From the NCBI GenBank assembly GCA_021648025.1, contig JAKITO010000016.1:164-64163 (forward strand): 64,000 bases of DNA, written 5' to 3'. The notes beneath the pieces are model-generated. The model saw only the letters and a program-made list of their open reading frames with translations. It made no database searches and had not been told where the DNA came from. The position numbers and the translations under genes are program-made. Position 1 is the stretch's first letter. The number at the start of each line of letters is the position of its first letter. The stretch comes from Paracoccaceae bacterium. Lineage in GTDB: Bacteria > Pseudomonadota > Alphaproteobacteria > Rhodobacterales > Rhodobacteraceae. Shown one piece after another: positions 37,273-47,593 of the stretch.

Positions 37273-38613
37273 ATGTCCGGTATTCCGCACGATCACTACG
37301 AACCGAAAACGGGCTTTGAAAAGTGGCTTCATGCCCGCCTGCCGATTGTCGGGCTGGCTTATGACACGATCATGATCCCGACGCCGAAAAACCTGAACTG
37401 GATGTGGATCTGGGGCATTGTCCTGGCGTTCTGTCTGGTGATGCAGATCATCACGGGCGTTGTACTGGCGATGCATTACACCCCGCATGTGGATCTGGCG
37501 TTTGCCAGCGTCGAACACATCATGCGCAACGTGAATGGCGGCTATATGCTGCGGTATCTGCACATGAACGGCGCCTCCTTGTTTTTCCTCGCGGTTTATA
37601 TGCACATCTTTCGCGGGCTTTATTACGGGTCGTACAAGGCCCCGCGCGAAGTGACGTGGATCATTGGCATGCTGATCTATCTGGCGATGATGGCGACCGG
37701 ATTCATGGGGTATGTGCTGCCCTGGGGGCAGATGTCATTCTGGGGTGCCACGGTGATTACCGGTCTGTTTGGCGCGATCCCGTTTATCGGTGAGGCGCTG
37801 CAAACCTGGTTGCTGGGCGGGCCTGCGGTGGACAATGCCACGCTGAACCGGTTCTTCAGCCTGCACTATCTGCTGCCGTTTGTGATTGCCGCCCTTGTGG
37901 CGATCCACATCTGGGCGTTCCATACCACCGGCAATTCAAACCCTTCGGGGGTTGAGGTGCGGCGCGGATCCAAGGCTGAGGTCAAGAAAGATACGCTGCC
38001 GTTCTGGCCGTACTTTGTGATCAAGGACCTGTTTGCGCTGGTGGTGATCCTGGCGGTATTCTGGGCTGTGGTCGGGTTCATGCCCAACTACCTGGGCCAC
38101 CCGGACAACTATATCGAGGCCAACCCACTGGTGACACCGACGCATATTGTGCCGGAATGGTATTTCCTGCCGTTCTACGCAATCCTGCGGGCGTTCACAT
38201 CCGAGGTCTGGGTGGTGCAATTCGCGTCATTCGTGACGGCTGGCATCGTTGACGCCAAGTTCTTTGGCGTGCTGGCGATGTTCGGGGCGATTGCGGTGAT
38301 GGCGCTGGTGCCGTGGCTGGACACTTCCAGCGCGCGGTCGGGGCGGTATCGTCCGATGTTCAAATGGTGGTTTGCCTTGTTGGTGATCGATTTTATCGTG
38401 TTGATGTGGCTTGGGGCCATGCCGGCGGAAGAACCTTATGCCACCTGGTCATTGATCGCGTCGGCCTATTGGTTCGGCTACTTCCTGGTGATCCTGCCGC
38501 TGCTTGGTGTGCTGGAGAAACCAACTGCACCGCCAGCGACGATCGAGGAAGACTTTGACGCGCATTATGGCAAAAACGGCGATGCAGATTCTTCTGCGTC
38601 CCCGGCAGAATAA
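37273..38613 (+). CDS. petB: Cytochrome b
   Basis: 446 aa with ..[33 protein letters not shown].. and ..[14 protein letters not shown]... Confidence 0.95.
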   Translation: MSGIPHDHYEPKTGFEKWLHARLPIVGLAYDTIMIPTPKNLNWMWIWGIVLAFCLVMQIITGVVLAMHYTPHVDLAFASVEHIMRNVNGGYMLRYLHMNGASLFFLAVYMHIFRGLYYGSYKAPREVTWIIGMLIYLAMMATGFMGYVLPWGQMSFWGATVITGLFGAIPFIGEALQTWLLGGPAVDNATLNRFFSLHYLLPFVIAALVAIHIWAFHTTGNSNPSGVEVRRGSKAEVKKDTLPFWPYFVIKDLFALVVILAVFWAVVGFMPNYLGHPDNYIEANPLVTPTHIVPEWYFLPFYAILRAFTSEVWVVQFASFVTAGIVDAKFFGVLAMFGAIAVMALVPWLDTSSARSGRYRPMFKWWFALLVIDFIVLMWLGAMPAEEPYATWSLIASAYWFGYFLVILPLLGVLEKPTAPPATIEEDFDAHYGKNGDADSSASPAE

Positions 38614-38629
38614 GAAAGGATTGCAAGAT

Positions 38630-39472
38630 ATGTTCAAGACCCTAGCAATCAGTGCGGCCCTTGCCATTTCCCCTGTTGCCGTCATGGCGGCAGGTGGAGA
38701 GAGCCTTGTGGAGGACTTTGAATTTTCCTACGAAGGTCCGTTTGGCACCTTTGATCAGAACCAGTTGCAACGTGGGTTGCAGGTTTACACCGAGGTTTGC
38801 GCGGCCTGCCACGGTATGAAGCTGGTGCCGATCCGGTCGTTGTCGGACGAAGGCGGGCCAAATATGCCCAAGGATCAGGTCCGCGCCTTTGCCGCTGAGA
38901 ATTTTGAAGTTTTCGACGCGGAACTGGATGATTTCCGCCCGGCAAAGCCGGTCGATACCTTTCCGGTCAGTAACGATGTCAATGCGCCGGACCTAAGCCT
39001 GATGGCCAAGGCCCGCGCCGGTTTCCACGGACCTTATGGTCTGGGCATCAACCAGATGTTCAAGGGTATGGGCGGGCCAGAGTATATTGCTTCGCTGCTC
39101 AATGGCTATCACGATGCGCCAGAGTGTGCACCAGAGGATTTCGATGGGTTTTACAACGTAGCGTTTGCCAATGGCGGATACCCGGATACCTGTCTGGACG
39201 AAGACGGTTACCGAACAGTGCCGGGCAGTTGGATTTCAATGTCACCGCCGTTGACTGACGAAGGGGTCGAATTTTCCGACGGCAACGCCAACGATGTGCG
39301 CCACATGTCTCAGGACGTCTCGGCGTTCCTGATGTGGGCGGCAGAGCCCAAGATGATGGCGCGCAAGCAGGCCGGGTTTGTCGGTGTGCTGATGCTGACC
39401 ATTCTGTCGGTGCTGCTGTACCTGACCAACAAACGCATCTGGGCGCCGATCAAAGGTAAAGACAACGACTAA
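38630..39472 (+). CDS. petC: Cytochrome c1
   Basis: 280 aa from ATG 38630: a signal peptide [20 protein letters not shown], the haem motif CAACHGM and a C-terminal TM anchor. Confidence 0.9.
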   Translation: MFKTLAISAALAISPVAVMAAGGESLVEDFEFSYEGPFGTFDQNQLQRGLQVYTEVCAACHGMKLVPIRSLSDEGGPNMPKDQVRAFAAENFEVFDAELDDFRPAKPVDTFPVSNDVNAPDLSLMAKARAGFHGPYGLGINQMFKGMGGPEYIASLLNGYHDAPECAPEDFDGFYNVAFANGGYPDTCLDEDGYRTVPGSWISMSPPLTDEGVEFSDGNANDVRHMSQDVSAFLMWAAEPKMMARKQAGFVGVLMLTILSVLLYLTNKRIWAPIKGKDND

Positions 39473-39493
39473 GCCCAAGATCATGACAATTCG

Positions 39494-39532
39494 GAAAACC
39501 TCCATCGGCGCTGCCGCTGGGGGTTTTCTTTT
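39494..39532 (+). terminator. Intrinsic terminator after petC
   Basis: GAAAACCTCC...GGGGGTTTTC forms a 10-bp stem with one G-U pair and is followed by TTTT. Confidence 0.7.
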
Positions 39533-39606
39533 GCCTCACAGCACCAGCCCGAGGCAGCGGGCCGAAGGCCGGTAACGAGATATAACTGTGCGCCAGAGGG
39601 GCTCTT

Positions 39607-40863
39607 TTAACTTGCGGTTAGCTGACGGCTGGATGCGCCGGTGATGCGGGCTTCAACGATGGCGCCCACAGGTCGCGCGGTTGCAAACACCACTTCGCTA
39701 AATTGCTCAGTCCGCCCCATATTCGCGCTTTCCATCAGCACACGGTGGCTCTGCCCGATCTGGGATTGCAAATGCCGCTCAACCTGGGCCTGGCCGGCCT
39801 GACGCAACCGGGCCGCCCGCGTCTTGATGTCCTTGCCGTCGACCTGAGGCATCCGCGCAGCCGGGGTGCCGGGGCGGGGTGAGTAAGGGAAAACGTGCAG
39901 CCACGTCAGCCCGCAATCCTCGACCAACTGCATTGAGTTCTCGAACATCTGGGGCGTCTCGGTTGGAAACCCGGCGATGATATCGGCGCCAAATGTCATG
40001 TCGGGCCGCAAAGCCCGCGCCTCATGGGTAAAGCGGATCGCATCATCGCGCAGGTGGCGGCGTTTCATCCGTTTCAGGATCATGTCATCGCCATGTTGCA
40101 GGCTTAGATGCAGGTGCGGCATCAATCGGGGCTCGGTGGCAATGGCCTGCATCAGGCACGCGTCCACCTCAATCGAGTCGATCGAAGAAATCCGCAACCG
40201 TGCCAGATCCGGCACCAGCCGCAGAATACGCAGCACCAGATCGCCCAGCTTTGGCTCTGACGGCAGGTCAGCGCCCCAACTGGTCATATCCACCCCGGTC
40301 AGCACAACCTCGTTATAGCCACGATCCACCAGGCGTTTGATCTGGTCCACCACAACCCCCGCCCCGACCGAGCGGGAATTGCCACGGCCAAAGGGGATTA
40401 TGCAAAACGTACAGCGGTGATCACAACCGTTCTGGATTTGCACATAGGCCCGCGCGCGGGTGCCAAAGCCGTCAATCAGATGGCCCGCCGTTTCACGCAC
40501 CGACATGATGTCATCAACCTGAACCGGTTCGATGTCGCCAAGGAAATCAGGCGCCAGACCAGCCCAGGTTGCGGGCATCATCTTTTCCGTATTGCCAATC
40601 ACCGCGTCCACTTCGGGCATGGCGGAAAAGCTTTGCGGGTCGATCTGTGCGGCACAGCCGGTGACGATCAGCCGGGCCTGCGGATGGTCCCGTCGCAGAC
40701 GGCGTATTTCCTGACGGGCTTTGCGAACCGCCTCGCTGGTGACAGCGCAGGTGTTTACCACCACTGCATCGGTCAACCCGGCCTGGACCGACAGTTCTTT
40801 CATTGCTTCGGTTTCATAGGCATTCAACCGGCAGCCCAACGTGGTAAACAGCGGGGCGTTCAT
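39607..40863 (-). CDS. mtaB: tRNA (t6A37) methylthiotransferase MtaB (radical SAM)
   Basis: 418 aa with ..TLGCRLNAYE.., ..NTCAVT.. and the radical-SAM motif ..GCDHRCTFCIIP... The adjacency to dapF is typical of alphaproteobacteria. Confidence 0.85.
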   Translation of the reverse strand: MNAPLFTTLGCRLNAYETEAMKELSVQAGLTDAVVVNTCAVTSEAVRKARQEIRRLRRDHPQARLIVTGCAAQIDPQSFSAMPEVDAVIGNTEKMMPATWAGLAPDFLGDIEPVQVDDIMSVRETAGHLIDGFGTRARAYVQIQNGCDHRCTFCIIPFGRGNSRSVGAGVVVDQIKRLVDRGYNEVVLTGVDMTSWGADLPSEPKLGDLVLRILRLVPDLARLRISSIDSIEVDACLMQAIATEPRLMPHLHLSLQHGDDMILKRMKRRHLRDDAIRFTHEARALRPDMTFGADIIAGFPTETPQMFENSMQLVEDCGLTWLHVFPYSPRPGTPAARMPQVDGKDIKTRAARLRQAGQAQVERHLQSQIGQSHRVLMESANMGRTEQFSEVVFATARPVGAIVEARITGASSRQLTAS

Positions 40864-41699
40864 GTCAGCCCATCCAGAAACGACTGTGTCAGCGTACCGC
40901 TGAATACATGCTGGGTTGGCCCGGTCATCCAGACACCATCGGCGCGCCAGTCAATGCTCAGGGGGCCGCCCGCCAGTTCAATCAGTACTGAGTTGCCGGT
41001 CAGTCCACGTCGCGCAGCGGCAACCGCCACAGCGCAAGAGGACGAGCCGGACGCCAGCGTGACCCCAACGCCGCGTTCCCATACGCGCACGGCAATTTGA
41101 TCCTGGCCAGTGATTTGGGCAATCTGCACGTTGGTGCGTTCCGGAAACAGCGGATGATGTTCAATTCTGGGGCCAAGGGTTTGCAGGTCAATTGCGTCAA
41201 GGTCATCAACAAAGAACGTGCAGTGCGGATTGCCCATGCCGGTGGCGACCGGATCGCCATCGACCGGTAGGTTCAGGGTATCAACCTCGCGCGCAAGCGG
41301 TACCTGGTCCCACCGCAGCAATGGGGCCCCCATGTTGACCGATACCAGCCCATCGCCTGCGTTATTTGCCGTCAGAACCCCGCGCGGGGTGGCAAGGCGC
41401 ACCGTGCCCAGGCCGGTCTCCTGCATCAAAAGCCGTGCCACACAGCGGGTTGCATTGCCACAGGCCTGTGCGGCAGACCCATCGGCGTTCCAGAACGCCA
41501 GACGCGCATCACAGGTATTATCACCCGGATGGATCACGACAAGCTGATCAAATCCGACCCCGAAATGGCGATCTCCAATTGCTTGGGCCACTTTGGGTGA
41601 AATCGTCACATGCAACGCGCGCGCATCGACTACGACAAAGTCATTGCCCAGCCCGTGCATCTTCAGGAACGCAAATCCGGTGGTTTTCTGGTCAGCCAT
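40860..41699 (-). CDS. dapF: Diaminopimelate epimerase
   Basis: 279 aa with ..FLKMHGLGNDFVVVD.. and catalytic Cys contexts ..ACGNATRC.. and ..SGSSSCA... Confidence 0.9.
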   Translation of the reverse strand: MADQKTTGFAFLKMHGLGNDFVVVDARALHVTISPKVAQAIGDRHFGVGFDQLVVIHPGDNTCDARLAFWNADGSAAQACGNATRCVARLLMQETGLGTVRLATPRGVLTANNAGDGLVSVNMGAPLLRWDQVPLAREVDTLNLPVDGDPVATGMGNPHCTFFVDDLDAIDLQTLGPRIEHHPLFPERTNVQIAQITGQDQIAVRVWERGVGVTLASGSSSCAVAVAAARRGLTGNSVLIELAGGPLSIDWRADGVWMTGPTQHVFSGTLTQSFLDGLT

Positions 41700-41923
41700 G
41701 GCGCCATATAACGACGGGGGGAAGATGAATCCAGCGAATGTATGCGATCCTCAAACATTAGGGCTTGACCGCGCCGCGCCGGTTACCTACCAAGCTCGCC
41801 TAGCAGGGCGCCCGGATCATCAATATGGGGTGCCATTCTTTGCGATTTAACTGGTTGATCCCGACGGATGAATTGGCTTAAAGAGCGGCATGGGAAACAA
41901 CCCGTTGTTTCCAAGAATGAGAT

Positions 41924-41999
41924 GGGCCGTTAGCTCAGTTGGTAGAGCAACTGACTTTTAATCAGTAGGTCGTTGGTTCGAACCCAACACGGCTCACCA
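41924..41999 (+). tRNA. tRNA-Lys (anticodon UUU)
   Basis: GGGCCGTTAGCTCAGTTGGTAGAGCAACTGACTTTTAATCAGTAGGTCGTTGGTTCGAACCCAACACGGCTCACCA folds by hand into a cloverleaf. It has a 7-bp acceptor stem, an anticodon loop CTTTTAA, a TTCGAAC T-loop and an encoded CCA. Confidence 0.95.
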
Positions 42000-42287
42000 T
42001 CTAATCAGTTGAAAATAATCGAAAACTGCTAACCGCAAGGTTGGCGGATTCGTATTTTTGCAACAATTTTGCAACAAACGTTTAAACGCGGGTCGTTCAA
42101 GGCGACTCGCTTTGAGTCGCCAACATCCCGTTAAACTATTGCCGTATAAAGGAAATACAGTCTCTTATTGAAAGGGGCTGTGTCTGTGAACCAAGTCGCA
42201 AGAATTGAGAGAGTGTTTAACGTGCAAGGGCGAATATTCAGCCCCCGCCTGACGACCCATGCGATATGGGCACCAATGGACCTATGA

Positions 42288-42530
42288 TGTGCTACCCAAA
42301 GTGTCCCCGGTCAGGGCTGGATTTCCCGCACTTTGATCAAACAGACGGGCTGGATGCGTCTGCCGATTTCATCAACGCCGCCGGGACTTTGTTACCGACG
42401 GCGCTGTGCGGTCGTTCTTCGTTGTAGTCTCTAGGTCAGGTCTCCAACTTTTCGGCCGTATCTGCAAGGTTCATGAACCAATGTGCATTCAGGCATTCAG
42501 CGCGGAACCTGTTCCGAAAAACAGAACCGC
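42288..42530 (-). mobile_element. 3'-terminal remnant of an IS3-family element (transposase C-terminus, decayed)
   Basis: The minus-strand translation RNRFRAECLNAHWFMNLADTAEKLET*PRDYNEERPHSAVGNKVPAALM matches the last ~55 residues of IS3-family OrfB. It has an in-frame TGA where homologs have Trp. Everything upstream of it is missing. The plus-strand TGTGCTACCCAAAGTGTCC at 42288 looks like the terminal IR. Confidence 0.6.
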
Positions 42531-42564
42531 TCCAGTTGGTGTGACCAACTAAAGATAATATCCA

Positions 42565-43266
42565 TTAAATTTGCGTTAGCAATTGATAGCCGGGGGTGGT
42601 TACGGCTTTGACGGTGGTGATCGGTTTGGTTCCTATCCATGTCGTTCGTTCCATGACAAACAGGGCCTCGCCTGGGGCAATTTCCAGCACTCGTGCGTCA
42701 TGACTGCTGGCCTTGATCGCATAAAACCGCAGGTCGCACCGGCTGTATGGTTTGTTGCGAACCAGCCACTCGTTGGCGCTTTCGCGTTCCAGATCAACAT
42801 TGGAAATTTCGGGAACAGTCTGAAGGCAAACCCAGCGGTCTTCATAGATAAAGGGCCCCTGGTCCGCCAGATGCAGCGCCTGGACCCGCAGCATCGTGGC
42901 AGGCGCCTGCAGGCCGAATTTCGCGGTGACCGATCTGGGTGTCTGCGCGATGCCCTGGCTGATAAGCTGATAGCCGTACACGCTGCCTTTCTGCTCGACC
43001 TCCCTGCGGGTGATCGGGATGTCGAATATTGCCCGTGTGACCGGGTCTGCGCGAACATGCGTGCCGCCCTTGCGCCGCCGTTCGATGGTGCCGCTGTCCG
43101 ACAGGTCGCGCATTGCGCGTTGCACGGTGCTGCGCGCACAGCCCAGTTCCCCGGCGATATCCTCGTCCCGGGGCAGCTTGTCTCCGGGTGTATAGGTACC
43201 ATCCAGAATCCGGGCGTGGATCCGGTTGCGGATATCTTTCCACGAATGGCGCGTCACGGCTGTCAT
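42565..43266 (-). CDS. GntR-family regulator, HutC subfamily (UTRA effector domain)
   Basis: 233 aa with the winged HTH ..LPRDEDIAGELGCARSTVQRAMRDL.. and a C-terminal UTRA-like domain. Confidence 0.85.
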   Translation of the reverse strand: MTAVTRHSWKDIRNRIHARILDGTYTPGDKLPRDEDIAGELGCARSTVQRAMRDLSDSGTIERRRKGGTHVRADPVTRAIFDIPITRREVEQKGSVYGYQLISQGIAQTPRSVTAKFGLQAPATMLRVQALHLADQGPFIYEDRWVCLQTVPEISNVDLERESANEWLVRNKPYSRCDLRFYAIKASSHDARVLEIAPGEALFVMERTTWIGTKPITTVKAVTTPGYQLLTQI

Positions 43267-43491
43267 CGGTCTTGCCCCAATCGTGCGGTTGCAGCGTTGA
43301 AGCTGCGGATTATCGCGTCACAGCCCAAATGGCGACCCTCTTTGCCAAACTGGCGTTGCGAACGTCGGGCCAGCGATTGCCAAGGCTGATCGCGCAGCAG
43401 TGCGTCCATGCAAGGTCAGAGTCTGTATGGCGTGAAGAATGTGCACGGCAACGATTCCATTGACATTATTAAGTGACACCATAAAGATATA

Positions 43492-43503
43492 AAGTACGTA
43501 CTT
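43492..43503. promoter_or_regulatory. Palindrome in the GntR/TRAP divergent region (candidate operator)
   Basis: AAGTAC|GTACTT is a perfect 12-mer within TAAAGTACGTACTTAA. It sits in an AT-rich stretch about 145 nt upstream of the TRAP SBP gene. Confidence 0.3.
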
Positions 43504-43646
43504 AATCAAGGGTGACTGACACCCCGAATGCGGAGATCGCAGGGAAACGGGGTAACGGTTGCCAGATTGCGGTCACTGGCGCGTGAACATGGGCGCGGAT
43601 TGCCCGCACTACCTGGATGACACGACCAATTAACGGAGGAAAACCA

Positions 43647-44732
43647 ATGGAAAGACGCAAGTTTCTGAGGGCGGGCGCACTGGGCGTGGCCGCGACGGCC
43701 CTGGCCAGCCCGGCCATCGCCCAAGGCATACGCCAGTGGAAAATGGTCACCGCCTGGCCCAAGAACCTGCCTGGCCCCGGCGTTGCGGCCCAGTCGATGG
43801 CCGACCGGATCACCACCCTGTCGGGTGGCCGCATCGAGGTGAAACTATATGCTGCGGGCGAACTGGTTCCCGGTCGCGGGGTGTTTGACGCGGTGTCCGA
43901 AGGCACAGCCGAGCTTTATCACGCGGTGCCCGCCTATTGGGGGTCGAAATCCAAGGGCATCCTGCTGTTTGGATCGCAGCCCTTTGGTCTGCGCGCCGAT
44001 GAACAGTTCGGCTGGCTTTATCACGGCGGTGGTCAGGCGCTTTACGATGAAATGTACGGCAGGTTTGGCATCAAGCCGTTTCTGTGCGGCAATTCCGGCC
44101 CGCAATGGGGCGGCTGGTTCCGCACCGAGATCAATTCGGCCGAAGACCTCAAGGGGTTGAAGTTCCGCACCACCGGGCTGGCCTCGGAAATGGCCGCGAA
44201 ACTGGGGATGGCGGTTCAGGCGATGAGCGGCCCGGCAATGTTCCAGGCGCTTCAGACTGGCGCTTTGGACGCGGGCGAATTCATCGGCCCGTGGACCGAC
44301 AGCGCGCTTGGCTATTATCAGGTGGCCAAGAATTACTATTGGCCCGGTGTGGGCGAGCCGTCCTCGGCCGAGGAAATCGGCGTCAATTCGGCGGCCTACG
44401 CGGACCTGCCGGATGATCTGCAACAGGTGGTCAGCCTGGCCGCCGAGAGCCTGTATATTCCGGTCTGGACCGAATACACCACCAAACATGCGCTGTCTCT
44501 CAAGGCGCTGGTGGCCGAAAAGGGCGTACAGGTCAAAATGTTCCCCGAGGAAGTCATTTCCGCCATGGGCAAGGCGGCAGGCGAAGTGATTGATGATCTG
44601 CGCCAGGACGACGACGAACTGGTCAGGCGCATCACCGAAAGCTTTGTCGCCTATCGCGATTCTGTTGGCGGTTACATGACCTACGCCGACAATGGACAGA
44701 TGAACGCGCGGGCCCGTATCATGGGCTATTGA
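43647..44732 (+). CDS. TRAP transporter substrate-binding protein (DctP-type, Tat-like signal)
   Basis: 361 aa from ATG 43647, behind GGAGGA: MERRKFLRAGALGVAATALASPAIAQG... Confidence 0.85.
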   Translation: MERRKFLRAGALGVAATALASPAIAQGIRQWKMVTAWPKNLPGPGVAAQSMADRITTLSGGRIEVKLYAAGELVPGRGVFDAVSEGTAELYHAVPAYWGSKSKGILLFGSQPFGLRADEQFGWLYHGGGQALYDEMYGRFGIKPFLCGNSGPQWGGWFRTEINSAEDLKGLKFRTTGLASEMAAKLGMAVQAMSGPAMFQALQTGALDAGEFIGPWTDSALGYYQVAKNYYWPGVGEPSSAEEIGVNSAAYADLPDDLQQVVSLAAESLYIPVWTEYTTKHALSLKALVAEKGVQVKMFPEEVISAMGKAAGEVIDDLRQDDDELVRRITESFVAYRDSVGGYMTYADNGQMNARARIMGY

Positions 44733-44792
44733 TACCTGCTCCGGCGCGCGGTTCGCTGCGCGCCGGGTCATTTTTTGCCCGGGGAGAGGCAG

Positions 44793-45290
44793 ATGCATAG
44801 ATTTGCCGACCTACTGGACGGGCTGAACCGGTCCACCGCGCGGCTGGTTCGCTGGTTCGTGTTGTTGATGGTTTTGATCCAGTTCGCCATTGTCGTCGGG
44901 CGCTATGTGTTTGGCGTCAATTCGATTGCCGTGCAGGAAAGCGTTCTGTACCTGCACGCGGCCCTGTTTATGCTTGGCGCGGGCTATACCCTGTTGGTGG
45001 ACAAACATGTTCGGGTCGATGTGTTTTATGCCAAGGCAACCCCGACCCGCCAACGGCAGATCAACATATTCGGGCATCTGTTTTTATTGTTACCGTCGAT
45101 GGCGGCGCTGCTTTACTGGTCCTGGCCATCGGTCAGAAACTCGTGGAAGATTTTTGAGGGGCCAATTTCGGTTGGCGGGATCGAGGCGGTATTCCTGCTA
45201 AAATCGCTGATCCCGGCGTTTGCCATTCTGGTGATGCTGCAATCGCTGTCGCTGCTGATCAGGCTGGTTCTTCCAAAGGCAACGCCATGA
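44793..45290 (+). CDS. TRAP transporter small permease (DctQ-type)
   Basis: 165 aa from ATG 44793, behind GGGGAGAGG. It has four hydrophobic segments, and its stop overlaps the next ATG. Confidence 0.8.
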   Translation: MHRFADLLDGLNRSTARLVRWFVLLMVLIQFAIVVGRYVFGVNSIAVQESVLYLHAALFMLGAGYTLLVDKHVRVDVFYAKATPTRQRQINIFGHLFLLLPSMAALLYWSWPSVRNSWKIFEGPISVGGIEAVFLLKSLIPAFAILVMLQSLSLLIRLVLPKATP

Positions 45291-46837
45291 CCGAGTACCT
45301 TGATGTGATCATGTTTGGGGCGCTGATGGGCGCGATCCTTCTGGGCTTTCCGGTGTCGTTCAGCGTCGCCGGGGTGGCGATATTTTTCGCCTATTATGGC
45401 TGGGTTGTCGGGGTGATGGACATCTCGCTGCTCGGGGCAATGGGGCAACGGGTTTTCGGCCTTCTCAGCAATGAGGTACTGATCGCCATTCCGCTGTTTG
45501 TGATGATGGGTGCCGTGCTTGAGAAAAGCCGGATAGCCGAGGAACTGCTGGACACCATGGGCCGCCTGTTTGGTCAGCTCAAGGGGGGGCTGGGCATATC
45601 GGTGGTTCTGGTGGGTGCGCTTTTGGCTGCGTCGACCGGCATTGTCGGGGCCACGGTGGTGGCGATGGGGATGATCGCCCTGCCGACCATGCTGCGCGCG
45701 GGTTATGACCCGCGGGTGGCGTCGGGCATCGTCTGCACCGCCGGGACCCTGGGGCAGATCATTCCGCCCTCGACCCTGCTGATCATACTGGCCGATGTGA
45801 TGTCGAACGCCTTTCAGCAGGCGCAATACGAACAGGGCAAATTTTCGGTCGAGGCGCTGTCGGTCGGGCAGTATTTTGCCGCCGCGATCATCCCCGGCCT
45901 AACCCTGGTGGCGCTGTACCTGATCTATATCCTGATCCGTGGCGTGCTGCGCCCCCAAGACATGCCGTCGGCCCCGCCCGGTCTGGCCCGCCCCGCGCCA
46001 GCCGAAATCATCCGCGCCATCGTGCCGCCGGTGTTGCTGATATTCGCGGTGCTGGGCGCCATTCTGGGCGGTGTCGCCACCCCGACCGAGGCCGCTTCGG
46101 TTGGTGCCATCGGTGCCTTGCTGATGGCAGGCCACCGGTTGGGCGTGAACCCGCGCCTCATTCTGCTGGGCACTGGTGCGCTGGTCGTGGTTGGCGTGCT
46201 TGCCGGGCTGTTTCCGGTGCGCCTGCAACGCAGTGATCTTGGCGCCGGGTCTTTGATTGCCGGGGCCGGTTATGCGCTGATGGTGTTGCTGGGCGCGGTT
46301 GCCATCATCCTGGCCCTGCGCGCCGCCCTGCGCGAGCGGATCGTGCAGCAGGCGTTGGATTCGACCCTGACGATGACGGCGATGATCTTTGCCACGATCC
46401 TGTCGGCGGGCATGTTTTCGCTGGTGTTCATCGGTCTGGGCGGCGAGGAACGGGTGGCTGGAATCCTGAACAACCTGCCGGGCGGGCCAACCGGCGCGCT
46501 GGTATTTTCGATGCTTTTCATCTTTGTGCTTGGGTTTTTCCTGGATTTTGTCGAAATCTCGGTGATCGTGCTGCCGCTGGTGGCCCCGACCCTGATCCTG
46601 ATGGGGCATGACCCGATCTGGCTGGGCATACTGATCGCCATCAACCTGCAAACCAGCTTTCTGACGCCGCCCTTCGGGTTCTCGTTGTTTTATCTTCGCG
46701 GGGCCGCGCCAAAAGAGGTGACGACCGGACAGATCTATGCCGGCGTGGTGCCGTTCATCGGCCTGCAAGTGATTGGGGTTCTGCTGGTGTGGTCATTCCC
46801 GGGGCTGGCAACCTGGCTTCCTTCCGCGATTTTTTAG
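45287..46837 (+). CDS. TRAP transporter large permease (DctM-type)
   Basis: 516 aa, a polytopic membrane protein translationally coupled to the small permease. Confidence 0.85.
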   Translation: MTEYLDVIMFGALMGAILLGFPVSFSVAGVAIFFAYYGWVVGVMDISLLGAMGQRVFGLLSNEVLIAIPLFVMMGAVLEKSRIAEELLDTMGRLFGQLKGGLGISVVLVGALLAASTGIVGATVVAMGMIALPTMLRAGYDPRVASGIVCTAGTLGQIIPPSTLLIILADVMSNAFQQAQYEQGKFSVEALSVGQYFAAAIIPGLTLVALYLIYILIRGVLRPQDMPSAPPGLARPAPAEIIRAIVPPVLLIFAVLGAILGGVATPTEAASVGAIGALLMAGHRLGVNPRLILLGTGALVVVGVLAGLFPVRLQRSDLGAGSLIAGAGYALMVLLGAVAIILALRAALRERIVQQALDSTLTMTAMIFATILSAGMFSLVFIGLGGEERVAGILNNLPGGPTGALVFSMLFIFVLGFFLDFVEISVIVLPLVAPTLILMGHDPIWLGILIAINLQTSFLTPPFGFSLFYLRGAAPKEVTTGQIYAGVVPFIGLQVIGVLLVWSFPGLATWLPSAIF

Positions 46838-46914
46838 GCCCGTGCAAAGCATAGCATAAATGGGGTCGAGTCCGGCTGGGGGCGGAATCGTATCATAAGC
46901 TCTTTTGATCACGA

Positions 46915-47376
46915 TTATACGGGCACAGTCATGCCGACCTTGGTGCGATCCATGACCACACTTGTGCGGAATCTTTTGACGTTGGTATCTTCAAAGAATA
47001 AGCGTTGCGTCAGCGCTTCGTAGTCTTTCATATTTTTGGCCAGTGCGATCAACGCAAAATCGGCCTCGCCAGTAATATAATAGCATTGCTGGATTTGGTG
47101 TTCAGCCTTTGCTTTGCGGCGAAAGCTGTCGAGTTGGTGAAGGCTTTCACGTTCCAATTCGACAAGAATTAGAAAGGTCATCGCAAACTCAACCGCTTCA
47201 GGGTCAACAATTGCAACCTCGCTCGAGATGATCCCGGTTGAGCGTAAATGCTTGACCCTGCGCTGGACCGTCGCCGCCGATGCACCCGCCTGGGCCGTGA
47301 TGTCGTCGAGCCGCGTGCGGGCGTTTTTTTGCATGAGTCGCAGGATGGTGCGGTCAAGTTCACTTATTTCGGCCAT
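46915..47376 (-). CDS. Lrp/AsnC-family transcriptional regulator
   Basis: 153 aa with ..LDRTILRLMQKNARTRLDDITAQAGASAATVQRRVKHL.. and a RAM/ACT-like C-terminal domain. Confidence 0.85.
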   Translation of the reverse strand: MAEISELDRTILRLMQKNARTRLDDITAQAGASAATVQRRVKHLRSTGIISSEVAIVDPEAVEFAMTFLILVELERESLHQLDSFRRKAKAEHQIQQCYYITGEADFALIALAKNMKDYEALTQRLFFEDTNVKRFRTSVVMDRTKVGMTVPV

Positions 47377-47593
47377 GATGTGATCCCATCAAATTATTGC
47401 CGAATAACTCGGCATTCTCCCAGGTAATAGTCCAAGGTTGACGTACTACATTCACGTAATACCGCTATCTTGATGTATATCTGGTATTCAGCTTATTGAT
47501 CAATGGGTCAATTGAACAAGCCTGAAGGCCTAGTGGTGAAGACTGTTTGCAACCGAACGCTGACAGCACATGCCAACAACAGAGGAGAATAAA

